DNA of 42,359 nt. Source: Paracoccaceae bacterium (GTDB taxonomy: Bacteria; Pseudomonadota; Alphaproteobacteria; Rhodobacterales; Rhodobacteraceae). Positions 7,991-18,003 of the stretch are shown here, in pieces. The stretch is taken from contig JAGQRU010000136.1 of NCBI GenBank assembly GCA_020425105.1, positions 1-42,359 of the forward strand, in the 5' to 3' direction. The stretch's first letter is position 1, and the number at the start of each line of letters is the position of its first letter. Both the position numbers and the translations under genes were made by a program. The notes beneath the pieces were generated by a model that was not told the DNA's origin, ran no database searches, and saw only the letters and a list, made by a program, of their open reading frames with translations.

Positions 7991-8869
7991 ATGGACAAGC
8001 TGGACGCGATGCAGGTCTTCGCGCGGATCGTTGAGCGCCGAAGTTTCACGAAGGCGGCCGAGGATCTTGCCTTGCCCCGTTCGACGGCAACCGATGCCGT
8101 CAAGCAACTCGAAACCAGATTGGGGGTGAAGCTATTGCAGCGCACGACCCGCACGGTCGCGCCGACACTCGACGGTGAAGCCTATTACCAGCGCTGCCTG
8201 TCGATCCTTGCCGATGTCGAGGAAGCCGAAGAGGCCTTTGCCGGGGCCAAGCCGAAGGGCCAATTGCGCATCGACGTTCACGGCACGCTGGCGCGCCATT
8301 ACGTGATGCCGCATCTGCCGGATTTCCTCGCGGCCTATCCTGATCTCGATGTCTATATGAGCGAGGGCGATCGTCTGGTGGACCTGATCCCGGAAGGCGT
8401 CGATTGCGTGTTGCGAGTGGGCGAACCACAGGACAGCGATCTGATCGCGCGGCGAGTGGCCATGCTCGAAGAAATGACGTTGGCCGCGCCGGACTATCTT
8501 GCCCGCCACGGAACACCGCTCAGCCCCGGCGATCTCGACGGGCATAGGATGGTGGGGTTCCGCTCGACGGTCACCAAGGCCGTGCTTCCGCTGGAGTTCG
8601 GTGAGACCGAGATCGTCCTGCCGACACGTCTCGCCGTCAACGCAGCCGAAAGCTATATCGCTGCGGCACGTCTGGGACTGGGGATCGTTCAGGTTCCACG
8701 GTACCACGCAAAACAGGATATCGACCGCGGTTCGCTGATCGAGATCCTGCCAGATTATGCACCGGAGCCCTCTCCGGTGTCACTGCTCTACCCCCGTCAT
8801 CAACAGCTTTCGCCGCGCGTTCGGGTCTTTATCGACTGGGTCGGAAGGCTCTTTCGTGAACCGGCCTAG
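7991..8869 (+). CDS. LysR-family regulator (CrgA-like)
   Basis: SFTKAAEDLALPRSTATDAVKQLETRLGVKLLQRTTR HTH; DLIPEGVDCVLRVG; LSPRVRVFIDW; divergent from the two SDRs. Confidence 0.93.
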   Translation: MDKLDAMQVFARIVERRSFTKAAEDLALPRSTATDAVKQLETRLGVKLLQRTTRTVAPTLDGEAYYQRCLSILADVEEAEEAFAGAKPKGQLRIDVHGTLARHYVMPHLPDFLAAYPDLDVYMSEGDRLVDLIPEGVDCVLRVGEPQDSDLIARRVAMLEEMTLAAPDYLARHGTPLSPGDLDGHRMVGFRSTVTKAVLPLEFGETEIVLPTRLAVNAAESYIAAARLGLGIVQVPRYHAKQDIDRGSLIEILPDYAPEPSPVSLLYPRHQQLSPRVRVFIDWVGRLFREPA

Positions 8870-9822
8870 TCGGCTTCGTAATTGTGGGTGAAATCTGCAG
8901 GCGCGTTCGGTCCCCAGATGTAAAAGGCATCCTCTGCCGGGAAATCTCCGGCTTCCCAGTCATGGTCGGCCGACACATAGTCGATGTCCGAGGAATATTC
9001 CGAGTAGCTGCCCCAAGGATCACGCACATAGTGGAAATAGTTGGAGCCGAGCACATGGCGCCCGAGCCCCCAACCCTTGTCGAACCCCTTGTCGGCCATC
9101 TGCATCGCACCGATCCCGATCTGGTCGATCGATGAGAGATCCCAGCTTGAATGGTGAATGCCAGGCGCGTCCGACTTGGCGAAAGCGATCAGATGATGGT
9201 CGCTGCCATGAACCCCATGCATGAAAGCGATGCCGTCGCCTGACGTATCCGACACGCGCAACCCCAGAACCCGGCTGTAGAATTCTATAGACTTCGGCAC
9301 ATCTCGCGCGAAGATCAGCATATGCGCCAGACGGCGCGGCTGGATCAACGGTGCGTTTGAGTTCGTGACCGCACCGCGCGCATTCGCTGGGACCGAAATG
9401 TTCGAGACAAGAGATTTTTCGTTGGGAGAGGTTTTCTCGGCCACGCGGATCTCGATCAGATTGCTGTCGTGATCCTCGAACCAGAAGCCGTTGCGTTCGA
9501 AGCCCGGGGGCGCGTCGCGCAGACGCACGCCCTGGGTTTCGACATGGCGACGGAAAGCGTCGAAATCGTCCTCGAACACGCCGAAGGACAGATAGGACAT
9601 CTTCTTGCGCGGACCCTCGGACAAGCTCGCCCAGCGATGGCCGTTTCCGAACGTATAAAGACCGAGCGCATTGCCTTCCTCACGGACGTCGAGGCCGAAG
9701 GCCAGATAGAAGCGCCGCGCCTCTTCCAGGTCCGGTACCGCCATATGATAGTGATCCATCGAATGGACACCCAGAACGCCTTCACGGCGAGAGGGCTTGA
9801 TATATCCTGTGATTGCGGTCAT
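8866..9822 (-). CDS. Two-domain VOC-superfamily extradiol-type ring-cleavage dioxygenase
   Basis: C-domain metal/catalytic residues: LAHML (His), DHHLIAF, IHHSSW (His), GLGRHVLGSNYFHYVRDPWG (His, Tyr), YSEY (Glu); RBS GGAGGAG. Confidence 0.85.
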   Translation of the reverse strand: MTAITGYIKPSRREGVLGVHSMDHYHMAVPDLEEARRFYLAFGLDVREEGNALGLYTFGNGHRWASLSEGPRKKMSYLSFGVFEDDFDAFRRHVETQGVRLRDAPPGFERNGFWFEDHDSNLIEIRVAEKTSPNEKSLVSNISVPANARGAVTNSNAPLIQPRRLAHMLIFARDVPKSIEFYSRVLGLRVSDTSGDGIAFMHGVHGSDHHLIAFAKSDAPGIHHSSWDLSSIDQIGIGAMQMADKGFDKGWGLGRHVLGSNYFHYVRDPWGSYSEYSSDIDYVSADHDWEAGDFPAEDAFYIWGPNAPADFTHNYEAD

Positions 9823-9862
9823 TTCGGGTCTCCTCCCAATTCGACGAAGCTCGGATCAGTCC

Positions 9863-10738
9863 TTATGCAGCATCGGCGTTTTCGGATACTTCGTCCTCGA
9901 TCCGGTTGCGCAACACGCCGATCCCTTCGATTTCGACTTCGCAGATATCGCCGGCTTTCATCCAAAGCGGAGGTTTGCGGGCCGCACCAATCCCCGACGG
10001 CGTGCCGGTCACGATCAGATCGCCGGGCACAAGAGTCATGCTCTGACTCAGGATAGAGACAAGCTTGGCGACCGAGAAGACCATCTGGTCGATCTTGGCC
10101 GACTGGACGACTTCACCGTTGAGGCGGGTCTCGAGGGTCAGGCCCAACGCGCCTTTGGGCAGATCGCCCGCGGTCACGAAGACAGGGCCAAAGGCGCCGG
10201 TATTGTCGAAATTCTTGCCGATTGTCCATTGCGGCGTCACGTGCTGGAACTCGCGGACCGAGCCGTCATTGAAAATCGAATAGCCGGCCACATAGTCGAG
10301 CGCAGCCTCTTCGGAGACCTTGAAGGCCGGTTTGCCGATCACAGCGACAAGCTCGCCCTCATAGTCGAGCGTTTCCGAGATTGCGGGCCGGACAATCGGG
10401 TCTTCGTGCGCGATCACGCCACTTGCGAACCGCGCGAAGATGGTCGGGTAATTGGGCTGCTCGTACCCCGACTCCTCGGTATGATCGCTATAGTTCAGGC
10501 CGACGCAGAGTATCTTGCTGGACCGCTCGAACGGAGGAAGATAGCGAATGCCTTCGCCGGAGAGGGCAGGTGCAGCGGCAAGGGTTGCACCCGCGGCCTC
10601 GAGAGCCGCCGCATCGGCGATCAGATCGTCCAGCGTGCCGGGAAAAGCATCGTCCGAGACCGGCAGACCACGCAGCACACCATCTTTATCAACCGCCATA
10701 TACGCAATGCCGTCGCGCTCGAATCTGACGAATTTCAT
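9863..10738 (-). CDS. Fumarylacetoacetate hydrolase (FAH) family protein
   Basis: KILCVGLNYSDH, LDYEGEL, FNDGSVRE, GKNFDNTGAFGP, TGTPSGIG motifs; RBS AGGAGG. Confidence 0.93.
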   Translation of the reverse strand: MKFVRFERDGIAYMAVDKDGVLRGLPVSDDAFPGTLDDLIADAAALEAAGATLAAAPALSGEGIRYLPPFERSSKILCVGLNYSDHTEESGYEQPNYPTIFARFASGVIAHEDPIVRPAISETLDYEGELVAVIGKPAFKVSEEAALDYVAGYSIFNDGSVREFQHVTPQWTIGKNFDNTGAFGPVFVTAGDLPKGALGLTLETRLNGEVVQSAKIDQMVFSVAKLVSILSQSMTLVPGDLIVTGTPSGIGAARKPPLWMKAGDICEVEIEGIGVLRNRIEDEVSENADAA

Positions 10739-10794
10739 GGGTTTCCTCCTTCAAGTTTGACCGAAAACTATTTTCTATTTGATCTTTTTGTCAA

Positions 10795-10812
10795 CAGAAA
10801 ATATATTTTCTG
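10795..10812. promoter_or_regulatory. Putative GntR operator, perfect 18-bp palindrome over the -10 box of the hydroxylase promoter
   Basis: CAGAAAATATATTTTCTG. TTGATC (10779-10784)-17 bp-TATATT (10802-10807) on +; TTGACA on - at 10793-10788 for the FAH-VOC operon. Confidence 0.75.
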
Positions 10813-10882
10813 GCAAATGTTCGACTCTGCATGCTGGGAGGCACGCAGACGGTTGGAAGACACGGGAGGAGGACCACAAAAC

Positions 10883-12487
10883 ATGGACACTTTTGACTAC
10901 GATATCGCCGTTATCGGCCGCGGGCCGGTCGGTTTGACGATGGCCATGAGTGCAGCACAGCTCGGTATGCGTACCGTCGTAATCGAGAAACACCGCGACC
11001 TGTACGGCCTTCCGCGCGCGGGTCATGTCGATCACGAGATCATGCGACTTTTCCAGAAATTCGGCATTGTCGATGACGTGTTGGCAGACTGTTATCCGAC
11101 CACTGAATACGTTTGGGTCAATGCACATGGCGAAACGCTGTTGGAGTTCGACTGGGGCGAGAAAAGCGTTTCCGGCTACAATTCCGACTACATGCAGTTC
11201 CAACCCGTTTTCGAGAACGCGCTCGGACGTGAACTCGCCGCCGCGCCAACGAACACCGACCAGTTGGGATGGCAGTTGATGTCGTTCGAAGAGGTAAATG
11301 GTGGCGTATGCTGCACCATCGCGCGAACCGAAACGGCGCCCGGTAGCTATGTTCCTGTTGTCACCGACGAGACGCGCACGATCACGGCGCGTTACATGGT
11401 CGCCTGTGACGGGGCAAACAGCTCGGTGCGCCAGACGCTCGGGATCGACCGCGACGATCTCGGCTTCAACGAAAAATGGCTGGTGATCGACGCGCGCAAG
11501 AAACGCGATCTGAATTTCGAATTCGATTGCGGTCAGATTTGCGATCCGCGTCGTCCGACCACGGTGCTGCCCCTTGGCAAGCGACATCGCCGCTGGGAAT
11601 GGGCGGTGCTGCCGGGCGAAGACCCCGAAAGCCTGCTGACCGACGAAGCCGCCTGGCGGTTGCTTGGCGCACTCGGTATGGGTCCTGACGATCTCGATAT
11701 CGTGCGGCAGTTGGTCTACACGTTCGAGGCGCGTCACGCGAAGGAATGGCGCCGCGGCCCGATTTTCCTTGCTGGCGATGCGGCACATACCACGCCGCCC
11801 TTCATGGGGCAGGGGATGTGTTCGGGGATGCGCGACGTGTTCAATCTGGCATGGAAAATGGACCTGGTGCGGCGGGGCATCGCCGAGGATGCGATCCTCG
11901 ACACGTATGAGCCCGAACGCTCCCCACATACCGAGGATTGGACGCGGATTTCCCTCGAAGCGGGAAAGGTGCCCTGCACGATGGACCCGGTCGAGGCGGA
12001 AGCGCGCGACCAGAAGTTCCGCGACGGCTGGCTGCCGCCGATGCCCGACTTCCCGCAGCTTCGTCATGGTATCATCGCCCGCGACGGGACCGGCGCGCCG
12101 CGCCATCTTGCCGGTACGCTGTCGCTGCAGCGTCAGGTCGGGGTCGATGGCAAAACGGTGCTGGCCGACGAGGTTTTCGGCACCGGTTTCACCCTGCTTG
12201 GCGTGGGCTGCAATCCCGCTGACGGGCTGAGCGATGCGCAAAGGGCGCTGCTCGACAGGATCGGCGCAAATGTCGTGTCGGTTGGCGACCATGCCGGTGC
12301 GACAGCGCGCGACGTGGACGGGGCCTATGCCGAGTGGTTCGAAAAGCAGGGTATCTGCGCGGTACTGGTGCGCCCGGATTTCTATATCTACGGCACAGCC
12401 GGGATGCCCGCTGACATCGGAGGCCTGGTCGACGACCTCGCATCCCAACTTTGCCTGACAGAGCTCGCCGAGGCGACCGCTGCATGA
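10883..12487 (+). CDS. FAD-dependent aromatic hydroxylase, MhpA-like
   Basis: IGRGPVG, LPRAGHVDHE, ACDGANS, RWEW, LAGDAAHTTPPFMGQGMCSGMRD, C-terminal VLVRPDFYIYG; start ATG 10883 after GGAGGAGG. Confidence 0.9.
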   Translation: MDTFDYDIAVIGRGPVGLTMAMSAAQLGMRTVVIEKHRDLYGLPRAGHVDHEIMRLFQKFGIVDDVLADCYPTTEYVWVNAHGETLLEFDWGEKSVSGYNSDYMQFQPVFENALGRELAAAPTNTDQLGWQLMSFEEVNGGVCCTIARTETAPGSYVPVVTDETRTITARYMVACDGANSSVRQTLGIDRDDLGFNEKWLVIDARKKRDLNFEFDCGQICDPRRPTTVLPLGKRHRRWEWAVLPGEDPESLLTDEAAWRLLGALGMGPDDLDIVRQLVYTFEARHAKEWRRGPIFLAGDAAHTTPPFMGQGMCSGMRDVFNLAWKMDLVRRGIAEDAILDTYEPERSPHTEDWTRISLEAGKVPCTMDPVEAEARDQKFRDGWLPPMPDFPQLRHGIIARDGTGAPRHLAGTLSLQRQVGVDGKTVLADEVFGTGFTLLGVGCNPADGLSDAQRALLDRIGANVVSVGDHAGATARDVDGAYAEWFEKQGICAVLVRPDFYIYGTAGMPADIGGLVDDLASQLCLTELAEATAA

Positions 12488-13293
12488 CCAAGCTTACTAC
12501 GTGTGCCGAGGGATTTTCCTGGCCCGAGGCGCCGCGCTGGCATGACGGGGCGCTTTGGATATCGGATGTGCACAACTTCCGCATCGCGCGTGTGCGATGC
12601 GGAGGCACGCCCGAAACGATGCTGACGGTCGAAGAGCGACCAGCCGGGATGGCTTTTACGCCCGAGGGCGACCTGCTCTATGCGACGTCGCTGGCCGCAC
12701 GGATCTATCGTTGGCGCGAGGGCGGATCGCCCGAGCTTCTATTCGACTTGGGCGATACGCTTTCGGGGAATTTCAATGACATGATCACGGGGCCGGACGG
12801 CTGGTCCTGGGTCGGTGAAACGGGGTTCACATTCGGTCAGGACGATCCGGTCGAACGCGGACGCATCCATGCCTTTCACCCCGAACGCGGATGCCGCATC
12901 GTCGCCGAGGGCGTCTTCTTTCCGAACGGGATGGCTGTCGTCGGCGACCGGCTGATCGTGTGCGAGACTTTCGGCAAACGGTTGAGTTCGTTTCGGATTG
13001 GGGCGGATGGTGCACTCGACGATCGTCGGGTTCTGGCCGAATTGCCGGGGCATCCGGACGGGCTGTGCCGCGACGCCAAGGGCCGGTTCTGGGTCCCGCT
13101 GCTATTCGAAGAGCGGTTCGCTTGCCTGTCGGAAGCCGGCGAAATGCTGTCAGATATTGCGGTACCCGGTCGCATGGCGATTGCCTGTGCTTCGCAAGAC
13201 CAGACTCTTTTCCTGTGTATGGCGGCGGTCGACAAGCAGCCGGGCGGATTGCTGCTGCGTGTTGGCAGTATCCTCACGACATTGGCCGAGTGA
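12484..13293 (+). CDS. SMP-30/gluconolactonase family protein
   Basis: WPEAPRWHDGALWISD, FNDM, FPNGMAV, PDGLCRD; ATGA overlap with the hydroxylase stop. Confidence 0.9.
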   Translation: MTKLTTCAEGFSWPEAPRWHDGALWISDVHNFRIARVRCGGTPETMLTVEERPAGMAFTPEGDLLYATSLAARIYRWREGGSPELLFDLGDTLSGNFNDMITGPDGWSWVGETGFTFGQDDPVERGRIHAFHPERGCRIVAEGVFFPNGMAVVGDRLIVCETFGKRLSSFRIGADGALDDRRVLAELPGHPDGLCRDAKGRFWVPLLFEERFACLSEAGEMLSDIAVPGRMAIACASQDQTLFLCMAAVDKQPGGLLLRVGSILTTLAE

Positions 13294-13309
13294 AGAGTAT
13301 TTTCATTTC

Positions 13310-13323
13310 TAAAATATATTTTA
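13310..13323. promoter_or_regulatory. Putative GntR operator upstream of the ABC operon
   Basis: Perfect palindrome TAAAATATATTTTA, same core as 10798-10809. Confidence 0.72.
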
Positions 13324-13414
13324 CTTGAATTTAAATATTTTTAGGACGACATTCGGAGTCGCCAATGAAAGCCGCCGGGGGAGTGCGGCCATCGGACAGA
13401 TAAGGGAGGGTTCA

Positions 13415-14398
13415 ATGAAAATCACACGTCGTATTGCGCTTGCAGGCCTGATCGGAACAAGCGCCATCCTGACCGGGCTCTCGGCCCACGCCGAGGCTGC
13501 GGGCAAGAGCGTCGCCGTTTTGCTTGGACCCACCCAGGATGCCTTTATCGGAACCTGGCTCGGCACATTCGAAGGCGCGGCCGAGGCTGCGGGCATGAAG
13601 ATCCAGGTCTTCTCCAGCCCCTACGATCCGGCACTGCAAGCGCGTCAGCTGGATGATGCGGTTGCCCAGAGTTTTGACGCCATTGTTCTGCAATCCATCA
13701 GCCAGAATGCGCTGGTGCCGTCGCTGGAGCGCACGAAGGAAGCCGGTGTTCCGGTCTTCACCGTGATCTCTCAGCCCGACGCGGCGGCGCAAGGGCTTTA
13801 CGTCACCTATATTGGCGAGAACTCCCGGATGCTTGGCGCGTTGGCGGGCGAAGCCATGGCCGACGCAGCCGAAGCGCGCGGGTTGGATGCGCCGAAGATT
13901 GCTGCCGTGACAGGCGCGCTGGCCGAAGGGATCGGCCCGAAGCGGCTTGCCGGTTTCGAGGAGGCGCTGAAGGCGCGTCTGCCCGGTGCAGAAATGGTCG
14001 CGATCGAAGATGTGCGCTGGAACCCCGTCGACGGTGAACAGGCTGCAGGGCAGCTGATCGCACGGTTTTCCGGGCAGGGCGGCATCGACGGCTTTTACGG
14101 GATGAACGACCGTCTGGCCAACGCCGTGGTGCAGGCCGCGGGGACGACCGGTGTCGCGGTCGGTGCCGATGGCATGATCGTGGTCGGTGGCAACTGCCAG
14201 GCGCCGGGCATCCCCAACCTCGCCAGTGGGGCGATGACCGCAACGGTTCGCATGTTGCCTGTCGTTTCCGCCGCCAAGGCAGCCGAAGTGGTCGGCGCCT
14301 ATTTCAACGGCGAAACGCTCGATGCGGCCTATTACGAAGATCATGAGATCATCACCCAGGCCAATCTCGCCGACAACGCCGAAGCCTGCGGCTATTGA
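13415..14398 (+). CDS. Sugar-type (RbsB-like) ABC transporter substrate-binding protein
   Basis: Signal peptide (MKITRRIALAG...AHA); type I periplasmic-binding-protein motifs (QARQLDDAVAQSFDAIVL, GMNDRLA); RBS GGGAGGG. Confidence 0.88.
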   Translation: MKITRRIALAGLIGTSAILTGLSAHAEAAGKSVAVLLGPTQDAFIGTWLGTFEGAAEAAGMKIQVFSSPYDPALQARQLDDAVAQSFDAIVLQSISQNALVPSLERTKEAGVPVFTVISQPDAAAQGLYVTYIGENSRMLGALAGEAMADAAEARGLDAPKIAAVTGALAEGIGPKRLAGFEEALKARLPGAEMVAIEDVRWNPVDGEQAAGQLIARFSGQGGIDGFYGMNDRLANAVVQAAGTTGVAVGADGMIVVGGNCQAPGIPNLASGAMTATVRMLPVVSAAKAAEVVGAYFNGETLDAAYYEDHEIITQANLADNAEACGY

Positions 14399-14423
14399 GC
14401 CGCAGGAACCGGAGAGGCATGCG

Positions 14424-15962
14424 ATGAACGCGATCCGTGAGAAGACGGCGCAAGGTCAAAGCAGAGATCCCCTGCTGTCGATGCGGGGGATCGGAAAGAC
14501 CTACGGCGAGGTGCGCGCCCTAAGCGACGTGTCCTTGACCCTGGCGGCCGGAGAGATCCGCGCGATCTGCGGAGAGAACGGTGCCGGCAAAAGCACGCTC
14601 GTAAAAGCGCTGACTGGCATTGTCGCCCCGGATAAAGGCGAGGTCTGGCTCGATGGCGCGCAGGTTCACTTCGCGGCACCAAAGGATGCCCAGGCCCACG
14701 GGATCAATCTGGTTTCTCAGGAGCTGAGTATTTGCCCCGACCTGACGGTTCTAGACAATATCTGGCTCGGAGCGCTTTCGCTGCCCTTTCTCCATCGTCG
14801 GGCGGATCTTCGATCCCGCGCCGCCGAAGTTCTGAAGCGGCTCGGCGCGGAACATATCGCGCTTGATGGCCTTGCTGGCCACCTGTCGACGGGCGAGCGC
14901 CAGCTGATCGAGATCGCCCGGATGCTTGCACGTGACACCCGTATCCTGATCCTGGACGAACCGACGGCAACGCTGTCGGACAAAGAAATACACGTCCTGA
15001 TGTCCGCGCTCAAATCGCTGCGCGCGCACGGAACGTCAATCCTGTATATCACCCACCGATTGGGCGAGGTTTTCGAACTTTGCGACCATGCAACGGTGAT
15101 GCGCGGTGGGACTGTGGTGGCCGATCTTCCGGTCGCGGAGCTGACCCGCGACCGTCTGATCGAACTGATGTTGGGCCGCGCCCTTGGTCACATGTTCCCA
15201 GAGCATCACATCGCGGACGGGGCGACCTTTTTCGCCATCGACAGGCTGAACGTTCCCGGGGCCGCGCACAATGTCAGCCTTTCGGTAACAAAAGGCCAGA
15301 TCATGTGCCTGACCGGACAGCTGGGCTGCGGCGCCGACGAGGTGATCCGCGTTGTCGCCGGCCTTGTCAGCCACGCGAACGGACGCATCACCCTCGACGA
15401 CGCGGAGATCCCGCTTGGACGGCCCGAAGTGGCACGGCGGCGCGGTGTGCGCTTCGTTTCGGGCGACCGCGCCGAGGAAGGCGTGTTCATCGACCGCCCG
15501 GCCTGGGAAAACCTTGTCGCGCCCCGGTTTGTCGAACGCGGGGGTGCGAAACTCGTTCAAAATCGTGCCCTGCGGGGTGAAGCCGCAATGCTCGCGGATC
15601 GATCGACGCTGGCGCGCCACCGTTTGCCGGTACGCACAGGCGACCTCAGCGGCGGAAACCAACAGAAACTCGCCTTCGGACGCAATATCGGCGACGGCGC
15701 GGCCAAGCTTATTCTCATGATCGAGCCCACGCGGGGCATCGACGTGGGCGCGCGTGCGGAAATCTATCGCCTGATGCGCGATTTCTGCGAACAAGGCTGC
15801 GCGATCCTGATGGCATCTTCGGATTTCGCCGAGGTTCTGGGAATTGCCGACGTGGTGGCCACCATGTTCCGTGGCGAGATCGTCAAAACCTACAAGACGG
15901 GTCATCTCGACATGACCCGGCTCATCGCGGATGTCACCCATCCCGAAGAGGAGAACGCATGA
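14424..15962 (+). CDS. Sugar ABC transporter ATP-binding protein, two NBDs
   Basis: GENGAGKST, ILDEPT, YITHRL; second domain LSGGNQQK, EPTRGIDVGA. Confidence 0.93.
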   Translation: MNAIREKTAQGQSRDPLLSMRGIGKTYGEVRALSDVSLTLAAGEIRAICGENGAGKSTLVKALTGIVAPDKGEVWLDGAQVHFAAPKDAQAHGINLVSQELSICPDLTVLDNIWLGALSLPFLHRRADLRSRAAEVLKRLGAEHIALDGLAGHLSTGERQLIEIARMLARDTRILILDEPTATLSDKEIHVLMSALKSLRAHGTSILYITHRLGEVFELCDHATVMRGGTVVADLPVAELTRDRLIELMLGRALGHMFPEHHIADGATFFAIDRLNVPGAAHNVSLSVTKGQIMCLTGQLGCGADEVIRVVAGLVSHANGRITLDDAEIPLGRPEVARRRGVRFVSGDRAEEGVFIDRPAWENLVAPRFVERGGAKLVQNRALRGEAAMLADRSTLARHRLPVRTGDLSGGNQQKLAFGRNIGDGAAKLILMIEPTRGIDVGARAEIYRLMRDFCEQGCAILMASSDFAEVLGIADVVATMFRGEIVKTYKTGHLDMTRLIADVTHPEEENA

Positions 15963-16918
15963 ACAGCGATACCGATCTGTCCGGCCCTCTGCGCCCCAGT
16001 TTCGAGTCGATGAAGGCCCGTATCACCCTGGGGAACGCCGTCACCCTTTTTGCGGTACTCGTGCTGGCCGCGCTCGCGCTTGCGACCCCCGGCTTCTTGT
16101 CGATGCCCGCGATCCGTTCTCTGGTGACCACGGTTTCGTTTACCGGCTGCGTTGCCATCGGGATGACATTCATCACGCTGAGCGGCAACCTGATGTCGTT
16201 CAGCCTGGGGGCCAGCCTGTCGGCAGCGACGCTTGTCTTCGTTGCCACGCTGGGTGCGGGGATTTGGCCCGCCATTCTTGCCGCGCTACTGTTTTGCGCC
16301 GCGTTGAACGCCCTGCAGGGGTGGATCGTCGGCTACTTCCGCGCCAATCCGATCATCGTGACAATGGCCAGCTTCGCGATCATTACCGGCGTCGCGACCT
16401 CACTGACCGGGGGCAGGGGGCTTTATATCCTCACGAACGTCGCGGCGGGTCTCAAAGGCAATCTAGGACCCGTTCCCGGTCCTTTCGCGGCCTTCGCGAT
16501 CTGCGCGCTGATCGCGCAACTCATTTTGAGCCGGACCGCTCTGGGACGCCGGATCGTACTGACCGGCACCAACCCGCGCGCGATGCTGGCCATGGGCGCC
16601 GAACCTTGGAAAGCTGTCGTCTGGGCCTACGCCCTGGCCGGGCTGTTCACAGGCGTTGCGGCGGTCCTGATGGCTGCGCGCTACGGGTCTGGCGATCTCC
16701 AACACGGCATCGGCATGGAATACTCTGCAATCGCGGCCGTGCTTGTTGGCGGAACCGCGATCGAGGGCGGGCGCGGGTCCTTCCTGCGGACATTCCTGGG
16801 GGCGCTCTTTATCGCCGTGCTGCAATCGGTGCTTGTCCTGCGCGGGTTCAGCACCGAATGGCAGCGGTTTGGCATGGGCGCTGTCGTCCTGCTCGTCATC
16901 CTCTTGCAACGAAAGTAG
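15959..16918 (+). CDS. Sugar ABC transporter permease
   Basis: Hydrophobic RbsC-type protein; ANPIIVTMA, AIAAVLVGGTAIEGGRGS. Confidence 0.9.
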   Translation: MNSDTDLSGPLRPSFESMKARITLGNAVTLFAVLVLAALALATPGFLSMPAIRSLVTTVSFTGCVAIGMTFITLSGNLMSFSLGASLSAATLVFVATLGAGIWPAILAALLFCAALNALQGWIVGYFRANPIIVTMASFAIITGVATSLTGGRGLYILTNVAAGLKGNLGPVPGPFAAFAICALIAQLILSRTALGRRIVLTGTNPRAMLAMGAEPWKAVVWAYALAGLFTGVAAVLMAARYGSGDLQHGIGMEYSAIAAVLVGGTAIEGGRGSFLRTFLGALFIAVLQSVLVLRGFSTEWQRFGMGAVVLLVILLQRK

Positions 16919-16923
16919 TTCCC

Positions 16924-17919
16924 ATGCTGGCTTCCTTGCTTCGTAACGCGACGCTTCGCCCCTACATCCTGCTTGCGGCGCTCATCGCGGTTCTGGGCGT
17001 AGTCGGAGGGGAGCGTGTGCTGTCCGCGCGCACCCTTTACAGCGTCTTTCAGCAATTCAGTCTGCTTGGGCCAGTGGCGCTTGCACTGGGGCTGACGATG
17101 ATGATCCGGCATTTCGATCTGTCTGTCGTCGGAACCGTAACGCTCGCTGGCTGTATCGCGGTGCTGGCGGGGGCGCAGAGCCCGATCCTTGGGCTGACGC
17201 TCGCCGCACTTGCCGGGCTTGTGGCCGGAGCGGCTCAGGGCGCACTGATCGTTCGGCTTCGCCTTAGCTCCATTGCTGTGACGCTTGGCGGCATGCTGAC
17301 GCTGATTGGGGTGGCTTATCTGCTGACCGGCAACCGCGAGGTGGCCTATGCCAATCGCGACATTGCCCGGGTAGTCGACAGCGCGCTGTTCGGACCGTTT
17401 TCATTGCGGTTCCTGATCGCCGCCGGGGTGTTCGTTCTGGCCGGAGCTGTCCTCGGTCGCACACGGCTCGGCCCTCAGCTTTATTCGGTGGGCAGCGATC
17501 CGAAGGCAGCCATGGTTGCAGGGGTGCCGACGGGCACGATGGTTTTCGCGGTTTTCGCGCTTTCCGGTCTAATCTGCGCAATCGCAGGCGCCCTGCTGAG
17601 TTTCAGTCTCGCGGCCGCTTCGCCAAGTGCCCTTTCGAACATCCTCGTTCCTGCGGCGGCCTCTGCGATCATCGGCGGCGTTTCCATCGCCGGCGGACGC
17701 GGTACGCCCGCGGGGATCGCCGGCGGCGTGCTGTTGCTGTGTTGTCTGCAATCCGGGCTGACTGCGATCGGGGTCGAACCCTATCTGCAGGATGTCGCAA
17801 CCGGCTGTGTTCTGCTTTTGGTTGCGGTTATGGACAGCGCCGAACTGACGCGGCGCTTTGAGGATTTGAAGCGTCTATTCGCGCCCGCGCAGCTCAAGCC
17901 CAAAGAACCTGTAGCCTGA
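16924..17919 (+). CDS. Sugar ABC transporter permease (second)
   Basis: FDLSV, IAVTLGGM, AIIGGVSIAGGRGT; start at ATG 16924 (the 662-aa ORF-track call is over-extended). Confidence 0.88.
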   Translation: MLASLLRNATLRPYILLAALIAVLGVVGGERVLSARTLYSVFQQFSLLGPVALALGLTMMIRHFDLSVVGTVTLAGCIAVLAGAQSPILGLTLAALAGLVAGAAQGALIVRLRLSSIAVTLGGMLTLIGVAYLLTGNREVAYANRDIARVVDSALFGPFSLRFLIAAGVFVLAGAVLGRTRLGPQLYSVGSDPKAAMVAGVPTGTMVFAVFALSGLICAIAGALLSFSLAAASPSALSNILVPAAASAIIGGVSIAGGRGTPAGIAGGVLLLCCLQSGLTAIGVEPYLQDVATGCVLLLVAVMDSAELTRRFEDLKRLFAPAQLKPKEPVA

Positions 17920-18003
17920 AATGGCTCTGGAAAAAATCTGTGTCGGCGCCTAAAATAGATTATGCCTCGCAGAAACGAATAGTGAAAAGATTGAGCAGTG
18001 CGC

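Noticed and set aside
9797-12487. 896-aa ORF suggesting a giant fused monooxygenase
   Set aside because: The first 362 codons are the antisense of the FAH gene plus promoter DNA; the real gene starts at ATG 10883 behind a strong RBS.
15931-17919. 662-aa ORF suggesting an extended permease
   Set aside because: The N-terminal half is an off-frame read-through of the first permease; the real start is 16924.
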